DNA of 64,000 nucleotides. Source: an uncultured Eudoraea sp. GTDB taxonomy: Bacteria; Bacteroidota; Bacteroidia; Flavobacteriales; Flavobacteriaceae. The position numbers and the translations under genes are program-made. Positions 38,823 through 48,936 of this stretch are shown here, piece after piece (position 1 is the stretch's first letter; the number at the start of each line of letters is the position of its first letter). Where the stretch lies: positions 7,945 through 71,944 of the forward strand of contig CAZHWD010000178.1 in the NCBI GenBank assembly GCA_964536335.1. The letters run 5' to 3'. The notes beneath the pieces were generated by a model. The model saw only the letters and a list, made by a program, of their open reading frames with translations. It had not been told where the DNA came from and did not search any database.

Positions 38823-39806
38823 TTAATTCGTCGTATCTGGGATCATTACTTTAGTAATAAGGTGCATGACGCCATTTGCAGCCTGTATATCAGCTACTGC
38901 TAAAACAATATCTGTATTTCCGGAACCATCCGTGATTGTTATTATACCAAGCGATAATGAAAAAGTGATATCATCTCCTTCCAGAGTCGTAATTGTAGAT
39001 TGGTCTGTTAAATCCTCAGAGCGGGAATTACCATTAGCTACGTGGTGTTCCAATATAGGTGTTAATAAAGTCTCATCAATATCGTCTACGGTGTTCCAAT
39101 CCGGATTTGTTGCAAGCAACTCATCAAATGCTATTTCTGCCGGGGCAAATACCGTAAATGGTCCTGTACCCGAAAGAAGTGCCGAGAAATCTGTACCTGG
39201 GGTTGCAGTGGTCAAAGCAGTAGTCAACTGTTCAAAATTAATATCGTTAGTTATAAACGTCATCAATGTAGGAAAATCTATAACCGTGTCAACCGTATGA
39301 ATAACGCCATTTGATGCAACTACATCCCCGTCAACTACGCTAGAAGCACCGTTAAATTCTATCGCAGCACCCGTAGCATCGAAATAAAGGGAGAGCCTTG
39401 TACCATCGGTTGGTCCGTCTGCCAGGGTCTCCGCATAATTCCTGGTAAGAGTTTCAAAATTTGCTATATTTATTTGTGAACCTATTACATGATTAAGCAG
39501 TAATTGTTCCAAAACGGCAACAGGAACATCATTAATACTGGCAAAATTTCCGGTAGCTAAAAACAGGTCAAATGCTGCATTTGTAGGCGCAAGAACCGTA
39601 AAAGGACCAGGGCCTTCAAGGGCAGTTACTAAATTTGTAATTTCCAGTGCCTCTACCAAAGTGGATAAATTTGGGTTAGCCATGGCTAGTTCAACAATGT
39701 TTTCACCAGATTGGGACCCGCCTCCGTCATCATTATTGCAGGAGAGTACTGTTATGGCCAAAAGGGTTAAAATCAGGAAATGTTTGAGACTTTGATGCTT
39801 TTTCAT
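38823..39806 (-). CDS. Fasciclin (FAS1) lipoprotein with two domains
   Basis: VLSC lipobox; FTVLAPTNAAF...NGVIH and FTVFAP...NGVMH; ends PDTTN like its neighbour. Confidence 0.92.
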   Translation of the reverse strand: MKKHQSLKHFLILTLLAITVLSCNNDDGGGSQSGENIVELAMANPNLSTLVEALEITNLVTALEGPGPFTVLAPTNAAFDLFLATGNFASINDVPVAVLEQLLLNHVIGSQINIANFETLTRNYAETLADGPTDGTRLSLYFDATGAAIEFNGASSVVDGDVVASNGVIHTVDTVIDFPTLMTFITNDINFEQLTTALTTATPGTDFSALLSGTGPFTVFAPAEIAFDELLATNPDWNTVDDIDETLLTPILEHHVANGNSRSEDLTDQSTITTLEGDDITFSLSLGIITITDGSGNTDIVLAVADIQAANGVMHLITKVMIPDTTN

Positions 39807-40064
39807 AATTCTTTTTTATTTGTGATATAAAAATGCAATATTTTTTGGTCACATTTTTTTTGTCTAATTAAATTTAGGATAAATTTAATATTCTTTTAAA
39901 AATGCTTTTTGATTTTAAATCAAGCTTGTTTGCCTACCATTTAGGGTTTATTGAATTTTGACAATATTCAAAAATATTGCACTTATAATTGATACTGTAA
40001 CGTTTTCGATACCTACTCTAGTGTAGAGACTTTTCATCTTAGCCCGAATAATAATCAAATTTTG

Positions 40065-40072
40065 TAATTTTG
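40065..40072 (+). promoter_or_regulatory. Bacteroidota -7 promoter element for mnmA
   Basis: TAATTTTG 16 nt before the ATG. Confidence 0.55.
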
Positions 40073-40088
40073 CTGCTCTTTAGCAAGT

Positions 40089-41279
40089 ATGAAAAAAGTA
40101 GTTGTAGGACTTTCGGGAGGGGTAGACTCCAGCGTAGCGGCATATCTGTTGAAAGAACAGGGATATGATGTTATTGGCCTTTTTATGAAGAATTGGCATG
40201 ACGATTCTGTGACTATTTCCAAAGAATGCCCGTGGTTGGAAGATAGCAACGATGCACTGATAGTTGCCGAGAAGTTAAGAATCCCATTTCAAACTGTAGA
40301 TTTAAGCAAAGAATACAAGGAGCGCATTGTAGATTATATGTTTCAGGAATATGAAAAAGGTAGAACGCCTAATCCTGATGTATTATGCAATCGGGAAATT
40401 AAGTTTGATGTTTTCCTGAAAATTGCAATGCAATTAGGAGCGGATTTTGTTGCAACAGGACACTATTGCAGAAAAGGGGAAATTTTGGATGCTCACGGGG
40501 TTATTAGATACAGGTTATTGGCAGGGGTAGATGAAAATAAAGATCAATCTTATTTTCTATGTCAGCTGTCTCAGGATCAATTGTCAAAAACACTTTTTCC
40601 AATAGGGGAGTTGACAAAACCCCAGGTAAGGAAGATTGCCTTTGATAATGAATTAATTACTGCAGATAAAAAGGATTCCCAGGGGCTTTGCTTTATTGGA
40701 AAAGTACGCCTGCCCGATTTTTTACAGCAAAAGTTGAAGCCAAAAAAAGGGCCCATAGTGGAAGTACCCAATGATGTACCCCAATACCAGCGAACCGTAC
40801 CTGCCTTTAAAAATAAATTTGAGGAACTGGCCTTTTATGCCCGAAAGCCGGTTTATGAAATCTCCGATGGAAAAGTGGTAGGCCAACATCAGGGTGCTCA
40901 TTACTTTACCAAAGGACAACGAAAAGGTCTCGATGTAGGAGGAACCCCCGAACCCTTATTTGTTATAGAAACAGATGTTTCCGAAAATATTATTTTTACA
41001 GGACAGGGAAAAACCCATCCCGGACTTTACAGACGCACTTTGTTTATAACCAATGACGAATTGCATTGGATAAGACCCGACCTGATTCTTGAAGTAGATG
41101 ATTCTATGGAGGTTTGGGCCAGGATACGATATAGACAACCCCTCCAAAAAGCCATATTATACAGGGTTGATGCCGGACTTTATGTTGATTTTGAAGAAAA
41201 GCAATCTGCTATAACTGAAGGACAGTTTGCGGCTTGGTATATTGAAAATGAGCTTGTAGGTTCAGGAGTAATTTCTTAA
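40089..41279 (+). CDS. mnmA: tRNA 2-thiouridine(34) synthase MnmA
   Basis: [36 protein letters not shown]. Confidence 0.97.
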   Translation: MKKVVVGLSGGVDSSVAAYLLKEQGYDVIGLFMKNWHDDSVTISKECPWLEDSNDALIVAEKLRIPFQTVDLSKEYKERIVDYMFQEYEKGRTPNPDVLCNREIKFDVFLKIAMQLGADFVATGHYCRKGEILDAHGVIRYRLLAGVDENKDQSYFLCQLSQDQLSKTLFPIGELTKPQVRKIAFDNELITADKKDSQGLCFIGKVRLPDFLQQKLKPKKGPIVEVPNDVPQYQRTVPAFKNKFEELAFYARKPVYEISDGKVVGQHQGAHYFTKGQRKGLDVGGTPEPLFVIETDVSENIIFTGQGKTHPGLYRRTLFITNDELHWIRPDLILEVDDSMEVWARIRYRQPLQKAILYRVDAGLYVDFEEKQSAITEGQFAAWYIENELVGSGVIS

Positions 41280-41345
41280 TTTTTCACCAAAACAATCAGT
41301 ATTTTTATAACTCCATTTTAACGCTGGTAATTTGATTATAAATGT

Positions 41346-42293
41346 ATGCAAAATAGAATAAGCACACTTTTCGGAATTAAGTATCCAATTATCCAGGCGG
41401 GTATGATTTGGGCAAGCGGTTGGCGGCTGGCCTCGGCGGTATCAAATGCAGGAGGACTAGGACTTATTGGTGCAGGGAGTATGTACCCGGAAGTTCTAAG
41501 GGAACATATTCAAAAGTGCCAGCAGGCAACGGAAAAACCTTTTGGAGTTAACGTACCTATGCTTTATCCGGATATTGATAAGTTGATGGAAATTATCGTA
41601 GAATTAAAGGTCAAAATCGTATTTACTTCTGCTGGCAATCCCAGGACATGGACCAATTATTTAAAAGAAAATGGGGTTACCGTGGTGCACGTGGTGAGCA
41701 GTGTAAAATTTGCTTTAAAGGCCCAGGAAGCGGGTGTTGATGCAGTAGTTGCTGAAGGTTTCGAGGCTGGGGGTCACAATGGAAGGGACGAAACAACTAC
41801 ATTGACCTTAATCCCAGCCGTAAGTGAAAAAATAGATATTCCCCTTATTTCTGCGGGAGGAATTGCTACCGGAAGTGCAATGCTTGCCGTAATGATCCTC
41901 GGAGCAGACGGTGTACAGGTGGGTAGTAGATTTGTGGCAAGTGATGAGGCATCTTCCCACCCGTTGTTCAAAGAGAAAGTTGTAGAGGCAGGAGAAGGAG
42001 ATACCCAATTGACGCTAAAGGAACTTGCTCCGGTAAGAATCCTTAAAAATAAATTCTACCAGGATGTTCAGGCGGCCTATGAGCAGGGTTATGGAACAGA
42101 TGAGTTAAAAAGTTTGTTGGGCAGGGCCAGAGCTAAGCGAGGCATGTTTGAGGGCGATATGGAAGAAGGAGAATTGGAAATAGGTCAGGTTTCCGCTCTT
42201 ATCCACGACATTAAACCTGCTGCCGAAATTATTGCCGATATGATACAGGAATTTAATGAGGCTAAAAATAGATTGCATTCCTTGCACCTTTAG
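41346..42293 (+). CDS. Nitronate monooxygenase / FabK-like flavin oxidoreductase
   Basis: YPIIQAGM, AVSNAGGLG, EAGGH, AGGI, GVQVGSRF, GQ. Confidence 0.88.
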   Translation: MQNRISTLFGIKYPIIQAGMIWASGWRLASAVSNAGGLGLIGAGSMYPEVLREHIQKCQQATEKPFGVNVPMLYPDIDKLMEIIVELKVKIVFTSAGNPRTWTNYLKENGVTVVHVVSSVKFALKAQEAGVDAVVAEGFEAGGHNGRDETTTLTLIPAVSEKIDIPLISAGGIATGSAMLAVMILGADGVQVGSRFVASDEASSHPLFKEKVVEAGEGDTQLTLKELAPVRILKNKFYQDVQAAYEQGYGTDELKSLLGRARAKRGMFEGDMEEGELEIGQVSALIHDIKPAAEIIADMIQEFNEAKNRLHSLHL

Positions 42294-42325
42294 GTAAATC
42301 ATAATGGAGTAAAGCAATAATTTGG

Positions 42326-43378
42326 TTATAACCGTAATTGCACCCGGAGTACATAACTATCCGCTGTTATGTACAATGTGGATTTATCTGCATTAAAAGC
42401 GCAGTTTGAGGTGGCCTGCCCGGTTTTAATTTTACCCAATACCTTTCCTTCGGCGGAGAATATGAAAACCCCTCCGGGCCCTGTTGCAAATAAGTTCCCA
42501 TCGTTATCCACTTTTAAACCGTCCGGCAGCCCTTTTTCTAGTGCCACCAGCTCGGTAGCATCATAAAAAATCACACTATTAGCAATAGAGCCGTCCTCCA
42601 GGACATCAAATACTTTCCATATGGCAAGTTCAGGATCAGAATTAGCCACATAAAGTTTCCTTTCATCTGGTGAGAAGGCAATGCCATTGGGTCTTGTAAA
42701 CTCAGTAGTTAAAAGGGTTAACTCTCCTTCTTTGCTGAGCCTGTATACCCCCTGATAGTCCAGTTCTTTGTTCGGATCATCCATTCGCTGTGGTAGGCCA
42801 TAAGGAGGGTCTGTAAAATAGAGGTCCCCGTTACTTCGGTATGCCGCATCATTTGGGCTATTGAATCTTTTGCCTTTAAAAGCACTTGTAAGGGCTTTAT
42901 AGTTGGCGGCTGGTTCCAAAACCGGACTTTGCATTAGTGCGACCTGTCTATCTCCATGTTGGCATAGCACGAGCTGGCCTTCACTATTAAGCAGTAGTCC
43001 GTTAGCCCCAGGTTCCGATCCTTCAAAATTTTCTCCCAAGAAACCTGAAGGTTTTAAATACAACTTTGCTTTTTCACCTTCTTTCCAACTATAAATTGCA
43101 TTTCTGGGGATGTCTGAGTACAATAACATTTCCTGATCTGATATCCATAATGGGCCTTCAGTCCAGTCATGCCCTTGCGCAATAACTTCAATTTTGGATT
43201 CTTTGGGGACTATTGACCACAGACTTTCGTTATAGGCCTCAATCTCACCCTCTTCAAATATTGTGACTACTTTAGGCTCTTCTTGTCCTATTTTAGAAGG
43301 CTCTTTTTTTTCAGTTTTACAATGTGACAACATTAGAACCACTATTGCAAAAAAGTTTAGATAAGCTATTTTTTTCAT
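42326..43378 (-). CDS. SMP-30 / gluconolactonase family lipoprotein
   Basis: WTEGPLW, NSPND, FTDPPYG, RPNGIAFSPD, PDGLKVD, SNCAF. Confidence 0.9.
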   Translation of the reverse strand: MKKIAYLNFFAIVVLMLSHCKTEKKEPSKIGQEEPKVVTIFEEGEIEAYNESLWSIVPKESKIEVIAQGHDWTEGPLWISDQEMLLYSDIPRNAIYSWKEGEKAKLYLKPSGFLGENFEGSEPGANGLLLNSEGQLVLCQHGDRQVALMQSPVLEPAANYKALTSAFKGKRFNSPNDAAYRSNGDLYFTDPPYGLPQRMDDPNKELDYQGVYRLSKEGELTLLTTEFTRPNGIAFSPDERKLYVANSDPELAIWKVFDVLEDGSIANSVIFYDATELVALEKGLPDGLKVDNDGNLFATGPGGVFIFSAEGKVLGKIKTGQATSNCAFNADKSTLYITADSYVLRVQLRL

Positions 43379-43466
43379 TTTATATAAATTGATTCTCAAG
43401 CCCCCAAGAATTAAACACTATTTGTCTCCCCTGGGATTTTAAGCAAGTTACCAAAAATGCCGGCTA

Positions 43467-44129
43467 CTATTGTAAGGTTCTGATGTCTTTAATCAAACGC
43501 TGAATTTCTTCATCTTTAGTGCCGTCATAGATGCCCCGGATCTGTTTTTCTTTGTCTACCAGTACAAAGTTGGGCGTATGAATAAAATCCTGCAGACCGC
43601 CATCACCTTCATCCACTGCGGCAAAATAACTTTTACGGGCGAGTTCATAAATATGCTTTTTTTTGCCTGTAGTAATATTCCATTTAGTATCAATAGCACC
43701 ATTTTTAGAGGCATAATCATATAAAACAGGCACACTATCCATTTCTGGAGTAACGGAAATCGATAACAATTTAACATCCTCATCATTTAAAAACTCGTTT
43801 TGTAATTTTTCCATATTATTTGTCATTACTGGACAAACAGTGAGACAACGTGTAAAGAAGAAATCGGCTACATAGATTTTACCTGCATAATCCATCTCTG
43901 TTATTGTATCCGCGTTCTGATTGATAAGGCTAAATGGACCAACAGTATGGTCAGAATTCACACCTTGAAGACTCGAGTCTACCAAGGCGGGATTTAAATC
44001 AGAAGGATTATAAACTGCCGGTTGCTCTTCCTGCAACCAATAGGAAAAGAAAATTAATAAGGATGTAAGAACTAGAAATATAATTATTCCCTGCCTTAAA
44101 TGCGGATTTTTAAAAAATTCAGTCTGCAA
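43467..44129 (-). CDS. SCO family copper chaperone
   Basis: FFFTRCLTVCP (CxxxC), distal His in FIHT, N-terminal TM segment. Confidence 0.9.
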   Translation of the reverse strand: MQTEFFKNPHLRQGIIIFLVLTSLLIFFSYWLQEEQPAVYNPSDLNPALVDSSLQGVNSDHTVGPFSLINQNADTITEMDYAGKIYVADFFFTRCLTVCPVMTNNMEKLQNEFLNDEDVKLLSISVTPEMDSVPVLYDYASKNGAIDTKWNITTGKKKHIYELARKSYFAAVDEGDGGLQDFIHTPNFVLVDKEKQIRGIYDGTKDEEIQRLIKDIRTLQ

Positions 44130-44191
44130 TGTTGCGTTTTTATGAACTTAATCAATTAAAAGTAACCAATGGACTTCTTCGTCAACTGTTT

Positions 44192-45922
44192 TCAGAGTAT
44201 TGAAGTATCTATTTCAATATCGGCATTTTCCCATGCTTTGTCATATTCGGCTTTAATAAGTGTTGCTTCATCCATTTTGCCCTGAGCTAATAGACTTTTA
44301 TACAAACCCATAAGCGACCATCCGTTTTGCCTTAAGACTTCCAGGTCTTCTTTGTAAATAATTTCAGCCTCATTGTATTTTTTGGCTTTTAGTAATATAG
44401 CGCCCAGGTTTTGGCGTGTTGGTACATGCCATGCCGCAGGTTCGGTGTAAACCAGTTTATCTTCTAAGGCTACTGCATTTTGTAAATGTTCAATTGCTTT
44501 TGGTAAGTCTCCGTTAAGAGAGGCTAATTCTCCGGCAACGACTTCGTATGCTATTCGCGCAATGGAAGCAGAATTATTGTTAGCTGTAGCCACGAAGTCT
44601 TGAAGTTCAGGATCCTCTTTAATGGCCCCAATGGCATCCAGTTCTTCCTGGGCTTCTTTCGCATTGCTTTTTCGGACAAATGCTATTCCACGGGCATAGT
44701 GCCTCATAAGGTTTACATGCTTAATTTCCGGATTAGGAGCTGGTATAGTCAATATCTCATTCCATTTACCAAAACGTACATAGGCCAACATTGGCGTTGA
44801 TGCAAAATCCTGCAAAAAGGGAAGTGTTATTAATTCCCCGGTGGGTACTTTTTCAGCCGTCTTTTTTGCTGCATCAATAGCTATATCGCTAGCGCCCAAT
44901 AAACTTGCCGCAGACCATAGGAAATGGATATTATGAGGGTAATATCCAAGGGGATAAAGGCCCTGGGAATAACATTGTGAAATATAATCCTCATCCGCCA
45001 AAATAGCGGCCTGATTAATTTTTACGGCATCAAGATAACGGCCAACCCTTATATAGATATGAGAAGGCATATGAACAATATGGCCAGCACCAGGCATAAG
45101 AGAAGCCAATTTATCTGCGCTAGGCACGGCAAGATCTGGTGTTGGTAGCTCTACCATATGAATATAATAGTGATGCGCGCCGGGATTGTCAGGATTAATT
45201 TCTATAGCCTTTTCCAGTGCGTCCTTTGCCTCGGCAATATTGGGGGAAGGATTACCATCTTTATCCCAATAATTCCACGGTACCGTATTCATGACCGACG
45301 CTGCATATAGTGTTTGAATATTCGAATCCTCGGGAAATTGCTTTACTACTTCGGTCATGGCATTCATATATGCCATATTCAATTCTGCTACATCCATGGT
45401 AAGGTCAGTACTGTATCTCGATGTTAGTGCATTAATTAATGCCTGTTCTTTCGGACTTGCCGTAGCAGCCATTTTTTTAGCTTTTGCCAGTGCCTCATTA
45501 TATTTCTCCTTACGCTCGTCCGGAGGCAATTGATCATTTATGTTAGGCCCCAATGTATAGGCTTGTCCCCAATAGGTCATAGCAGAATTCGGATCCAGTC
45601 TTGATGCTTCCATAAAGGAGCGGTGTGCTTCAGCATGATTAAAAGCATAGGTGAGTCTTAAACCCTGATTAAAGAAAGTTTGCGCCATTTCTTTAGATGT
45701 AGTAATAGGAAAGCTAAGACTTCCCAGGTTTTCGAACAAGGGTGAAATCTGTTGCGTAGTGTCCACATTGCTTAATAAGTATTTAGCAACGGTGCATTTG
45801 ATTGAGTAAAAGGAAGCTTTTTGGGAATTGTCCAGGTTTTTGTCTCTTTTTTGACTCGGTAAAAAATATACTAGTGCAAGTAGACCAATTACGAGAATTA
45901 TAAGGCCGGATTTTGTTTTCAT
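44192..45922 (-). CDS. TPR protein with conserved His cluster
   Basis: FNHAEA, AMTYWG, GAHHYYIH, HIVHMPSHIY, YPHNIH; ATG 45922 preferred. Confidence 0.8.
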   Translation of the reverse strand: MKTKSGLIILVIGLLALVYFLPSQKRDKNLDNSQKASFYSIKCTVAKYLLSNVDTTQQISPLFENLGSLSFPITTSKEMAQTFFNQGLRLTYAFNHAEAHRSFMEASRLDPNSAMTYWGQAYTLGPNINDQLPPDERKEKYNEALAKAKKMAATASPKEQALINALTSRYSTDLTMDVAELNMAYMNAMTEVVKQFPEDSNIQTLYAASVMNTVPWNYWDKDGNPSPNIAEAKDALEKAIEINPDNPGAHHYYIHMVELPTPDLAVPSADKLASLMPGAGHIVHMPSHIYIRVGRYLDAVKINQAAILADEDYISQCYSQGLYPLGYYPHNIHFLWSAASLLGASDIAIDAAKKTAEKVPTGELITLPFLQDFASTPMLAYVRFGKWNEILTIPAPNPEIKHVNLMRHYARGIAFVRKSNAKEAQEELDAIGAIKEDPELQDFVATANNNSASIARIAYEVVAGELASLNGDLPKAIEHLQNAVALEDKLVYTEPAAWHVPTRQNLGAILLKAKKYNEAEIIYKEDLEVLRQNGWSLMGLYKSLLAQGKMDEATLIKAEYDKAWENADIEIDTSIL

Positions 45923-45975
45923 AATAATATTCTTAATAGTTGTTGATTGTATTTTGTAATCATATTGTCGAGATT

Positions 45976-47655
45976 TCACCCGATATATTGTTGAATAAAT
46001 GCTGCTGCTTCCACTACTTCAGGTCTATCGCTTCGGGATGCTTCCGACAGTTTTAAAAGATCTTCAAAATACTTGGATGCTTTTTCCTGATCACCAAATC
46101 GTTTTGCTGCCACCGCTGCCCCATAGATTCCGTTGAAGCGATTAGGGTTCACACTTAGATTTTTCTCATATACTTCTAAAGCTTCTTGTGGTTTGTTTGT
46201 GGCCAGTAACATTTCTGCCAAAAATTCTCGGGCCGGTATCAATTTACCAGGTGTAATTCCATGCACTCCTATGATATCTTCCATTTCTACAGCCTCTTTT
46301 AATAGTGTGATACCCAAATCTTGTTGTTCACTATAAAAATGTAACCAGCCTTGTACTATTTTCATTTGGATTAATACTTGGTTTGCATTAGCTTCATTTC
46401 CGCCATCTATTATTTGTTGCCTTAATGCGCTAAGGATTTCTAATTCTTCGCTGGCAGCACTGAAGTTTTTTAGATGAAGCGAACCGATAGCTCTGGTAAA
46501 ATGAAGTAAAGAACTTTGCCATGGAAATTGATCCCATTTCACCTCCGATTCATGAAATTCAAGATTAGCCGCGACATCCCATTGTCCGTTTTCCAGGGCA
46601 ATTCTTGCAGGTACAGCAGCAAAGGGATACGCAATAGCAGCAATATTTGAAGGGTACACATCGTAAATTGTTTTCATGTATTGGTATTGTTCATTTGCTT
46701 TTACATTATCGCCTTTTTGTAAATAAGCATATACCAGATAACCCATGGCATGAAGCTCGTTAGACCAGTGACCATCCATTCCACTTGCCTCGGCATAACA
46801 TCGCGCAGAAGAAGCCGAACTTACATTTGATTGTATAGATTCATCCCATAATCCCAAACGTGTAAAGATATGGGAAGGCATATGCTGAGCGTGTGAAGAG
46901 GCCGGTGCGATATCCGCATATCTTCTTGCCGTAGATAAAGCTAAATGAGCCAATTCCGGGTAATCATAATTATGTATGATATAATGGGCTATTCCGGGAT
47001 GGTTGGGTTGGTCTATAAATAATTTTTCAAGAATCTTACCTGATTTTTTTTGATTCTTGTAGCTCCTATCCTTACGATCTGCAGATGCTCTTAAAGCTAA
47101 AGCATAAAAAACGGCCGCTTCATTGTCGTCGGTGTATTTGTTATAAATTTTTTCCATTTTCTTTTCATACAATAATGCCCTTGTATTTTGATCAACCGTA
47201 TCCCAATCTTTATAATATATACTTATAGCATCCAAATAATCCTTTTCTCTTTCTCCTTTTGGAATTTTACTTGCAATTTCCAGAAGTTTTGATCCTTTTT
47301 CTAAGTAACTATTATCAGACTGATACCATAATGAATGGACAATGCTCATGGCCACTCCCCAATAGGCCATGGCACATTCCGGATCTGCATCCAATACCTG
47401 GACGAAAGCTTTTTCGGCTTCTTCATATTCAAATGAGTGCAATAAGGATACTGCCAGCTCAAAAGTCTCCCTGGTATCATAATTACAGGATAGGGAAAAG
47501 CTCACCTCCCCGAATTGTTCTGAACTACATAAAATGAGTTCGCCTCTGAGCAGATTAATAGATGCCAATTCAGGATCAGACTTATTTTTACAATTGATGA
47601 AGCTAAGAAAACTTAGAATAAATAAGCCTATCAACAGAGTGTCTTGTGTTTTCAT
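45976..47655 (-). CDS. TPR lipoprotein with conserved His cluster, distant paralogue of the neighbouring gene
   Basis: FINC lipobox-like motif; LLHSF, CAMAYWG, HPGIAHYIIH, HAQHMPSHIF. Confidence 0.8.
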   Translation of the reverse strand: MKTQDTLLIGLFILSFLSFINCKNKSDPELASINLLRGELILCSSEQFGEVSFSLSCNYDTRETFELAVSLLHSFEYEEAEKAFVQVLDADPECAMAYWGVAMSIVHSLWYQSDNSYLEKGSKLLEIASKIPKGEREKDYLDAISIYYKDWDTVDQNTRALLYEKKMEKIYNKYTDDNEAAVFYALALRASADRKDRSYKNQKKSGKILEKLFIDQPNHPGIAHYIIHNYDYPELAHLALSTARRYADIAPASSHAQHMPSHIFTRLGLWDESIQSNVSSASSARCYAEASGMDGHWSNELHAMGYLVYAYLQKGDNVKANEQYQYMKTIYDVYPSNIAAIAYPFAAVPARIALENGQWDVAANLEFHESEVKWDQFPWQSSLLHFTRAIGSLHLKNFSAASEELEILSALRQQIIDGGNEANANQVLIQMKIVQGWLHFYSEQQDLGITLLKEAVEMEDIIGVHGITPGKLIPAREFLAEMLLATNKPQEALEVYEKNLSVNPNRFNGIYGAAVAAKRFGDQEKASKYFEDLLKLSEASRSDRPEVVEAAAFIQQYIG

Positions 47656-47913
47656 TTTAAAACAAGTTTAATACATTGGAGGCATATGTATATGAGAAAG
47701 TGAATAGATGTACCGTAAAACGATATCCAACTTCCTTTAAAGATAATGAATTAAAAGCTTCCGGAAATCCATCAAAAGTAAAACTGTACAGGATGCTTCT
47801 TTTTGCATTTAAATTGGTCATTAGAGGTTATGAATGCCAATTCGTTCTGCATACTTAAACAAATAGTCAATAACTATAAATTTTTAATTCATAATTAAGA
47901 ATTTTACTCTCTA

Positions 47914-48936
47914 TTAATGTTTGTGGCTTTCATTATAATGCTCTTTAAGAATATCTCTCCCAAAATCATTGGTAAGATCCCTTACTGCTGTATGAACATG
48001 ATTGGCATTATTTTGAGTATTGTCATATTCTATCAAAATAACAGGGCTTTGTATTCTGTAGTAATGACCTTTACCAGGAGATAAACTACCAGCCCACGCA
48101 AATGACAGCTTATCCATTCCTGAAGCCTTTATTTTATCCAACAGGGATTTTGTAAATCCGGATTCATAATTGTCCAAATAAACCATAAGTAACTTTTCTA
48201 TAGCTTCTTTTTGATCCTTATTTAAATCCGCATAGGAAATACCCGGTGGATCAAGATTAGTCACCTCCTTTTTATTATTAGTATAAATTTCTTTGGGCGC
48301 TTCTGTGGAAAACAGAGCTTTGGCCAACTGTTCTTTTGAAAGGGAATTTACCATGGCAAAGCCCAGTTGGGTTTCTAATTTTAAAACCTCCTTACCTTTT
48401 TGTTTCCCTTCGCGAACTATAGCCGGGTTAGATCCGAGAAACGATGGAGTAGAGGCAACAATCTTACCCCTTGAACCAACAAAATTAAAGGAAATATGAT
48501 GTCCCTCAAATCGCCAACCCCAAAACTCCTGTGTTGAGGGATCATTAAACACGCAAAAATGATAATTAAGTGCATCACGACCTGAGCCATCTGGCATTTT
48601 GAAATTACCGCCTTCAAGTTCTAGTAAAACATTTTCCAGTTCTATGATTTCTTTTGTTTTTCGAAACCCCTCATTACTCAATGACGCTCTCAGCAGGGCC
48701 ATTGCGGCTTGTTTTTGTTTGTCATTGAAGTCATGAAAAGTTGGCCCTTTTCTTATGATTGGTACAAAATTAAAATTTAAGCGCTCCTTATCATCCAAAG
48801 CAAAAATTGTCTTTGACTTTAATTCCGGATCCAGAGTGTTTAAAAATTCAGTCGCCAGAGCATTGAGTTCTTGTGAGGATACGTTAGCACAAAAGAGGCT
48901 GCATCCAACCAGTAAAAAAAATGATTTAAATTTCAT
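47914..48936 (-). CDS. DUF3500 domain protein, secreted
   Basis: WGWRFEGHH, TPSFLGSNP, FAWAG, HYYRIQ, IEYDN..ANHVH..RD..NDFG. Confidence 0.85.
   Translation of the reverse strand: MKFKSFFLLVGCSLFCANVSSQELNALATEFLNTLDPELKSKTIFALDDKERLNFNFVPIIRKGPTFHDFNDKQKQAAMALLRASLSNEGFRKTKEIIELENVLLELEGGNFKMPDGSGRDALNYHFCVFNDPSTQEFWGWRFEGHHISFNFVGSRGKIVASTPSFLGSNPAIVREGKQKGKEVLKLETQLGFAMVNSLSKEQLAKALFSTEAPKEIYTNNKKEVTNLDPPGISYADLNKDQKEAIEKLLMVYLDNYESGFTKSLLDKIKASGMDKLSFAWAGSLSPGKGHYYRIQSPVILIEYDNTQNNANHVHTAVRDLTNDFGRDILKEHYNESHKH

Noticed and set aside
37116-39300. Several + strand ORFs opposite the fasciclin genes, and similar short antisense ORFs across the window
   Set aside because: They are shadow frames of well-supported genes with no independent motifs
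47676-47858. 60-aa + strand ORF in the TPR-DUF3500 spacer
   Set aside because: TTG start, no motif, opposite to all neighbours; not supportable
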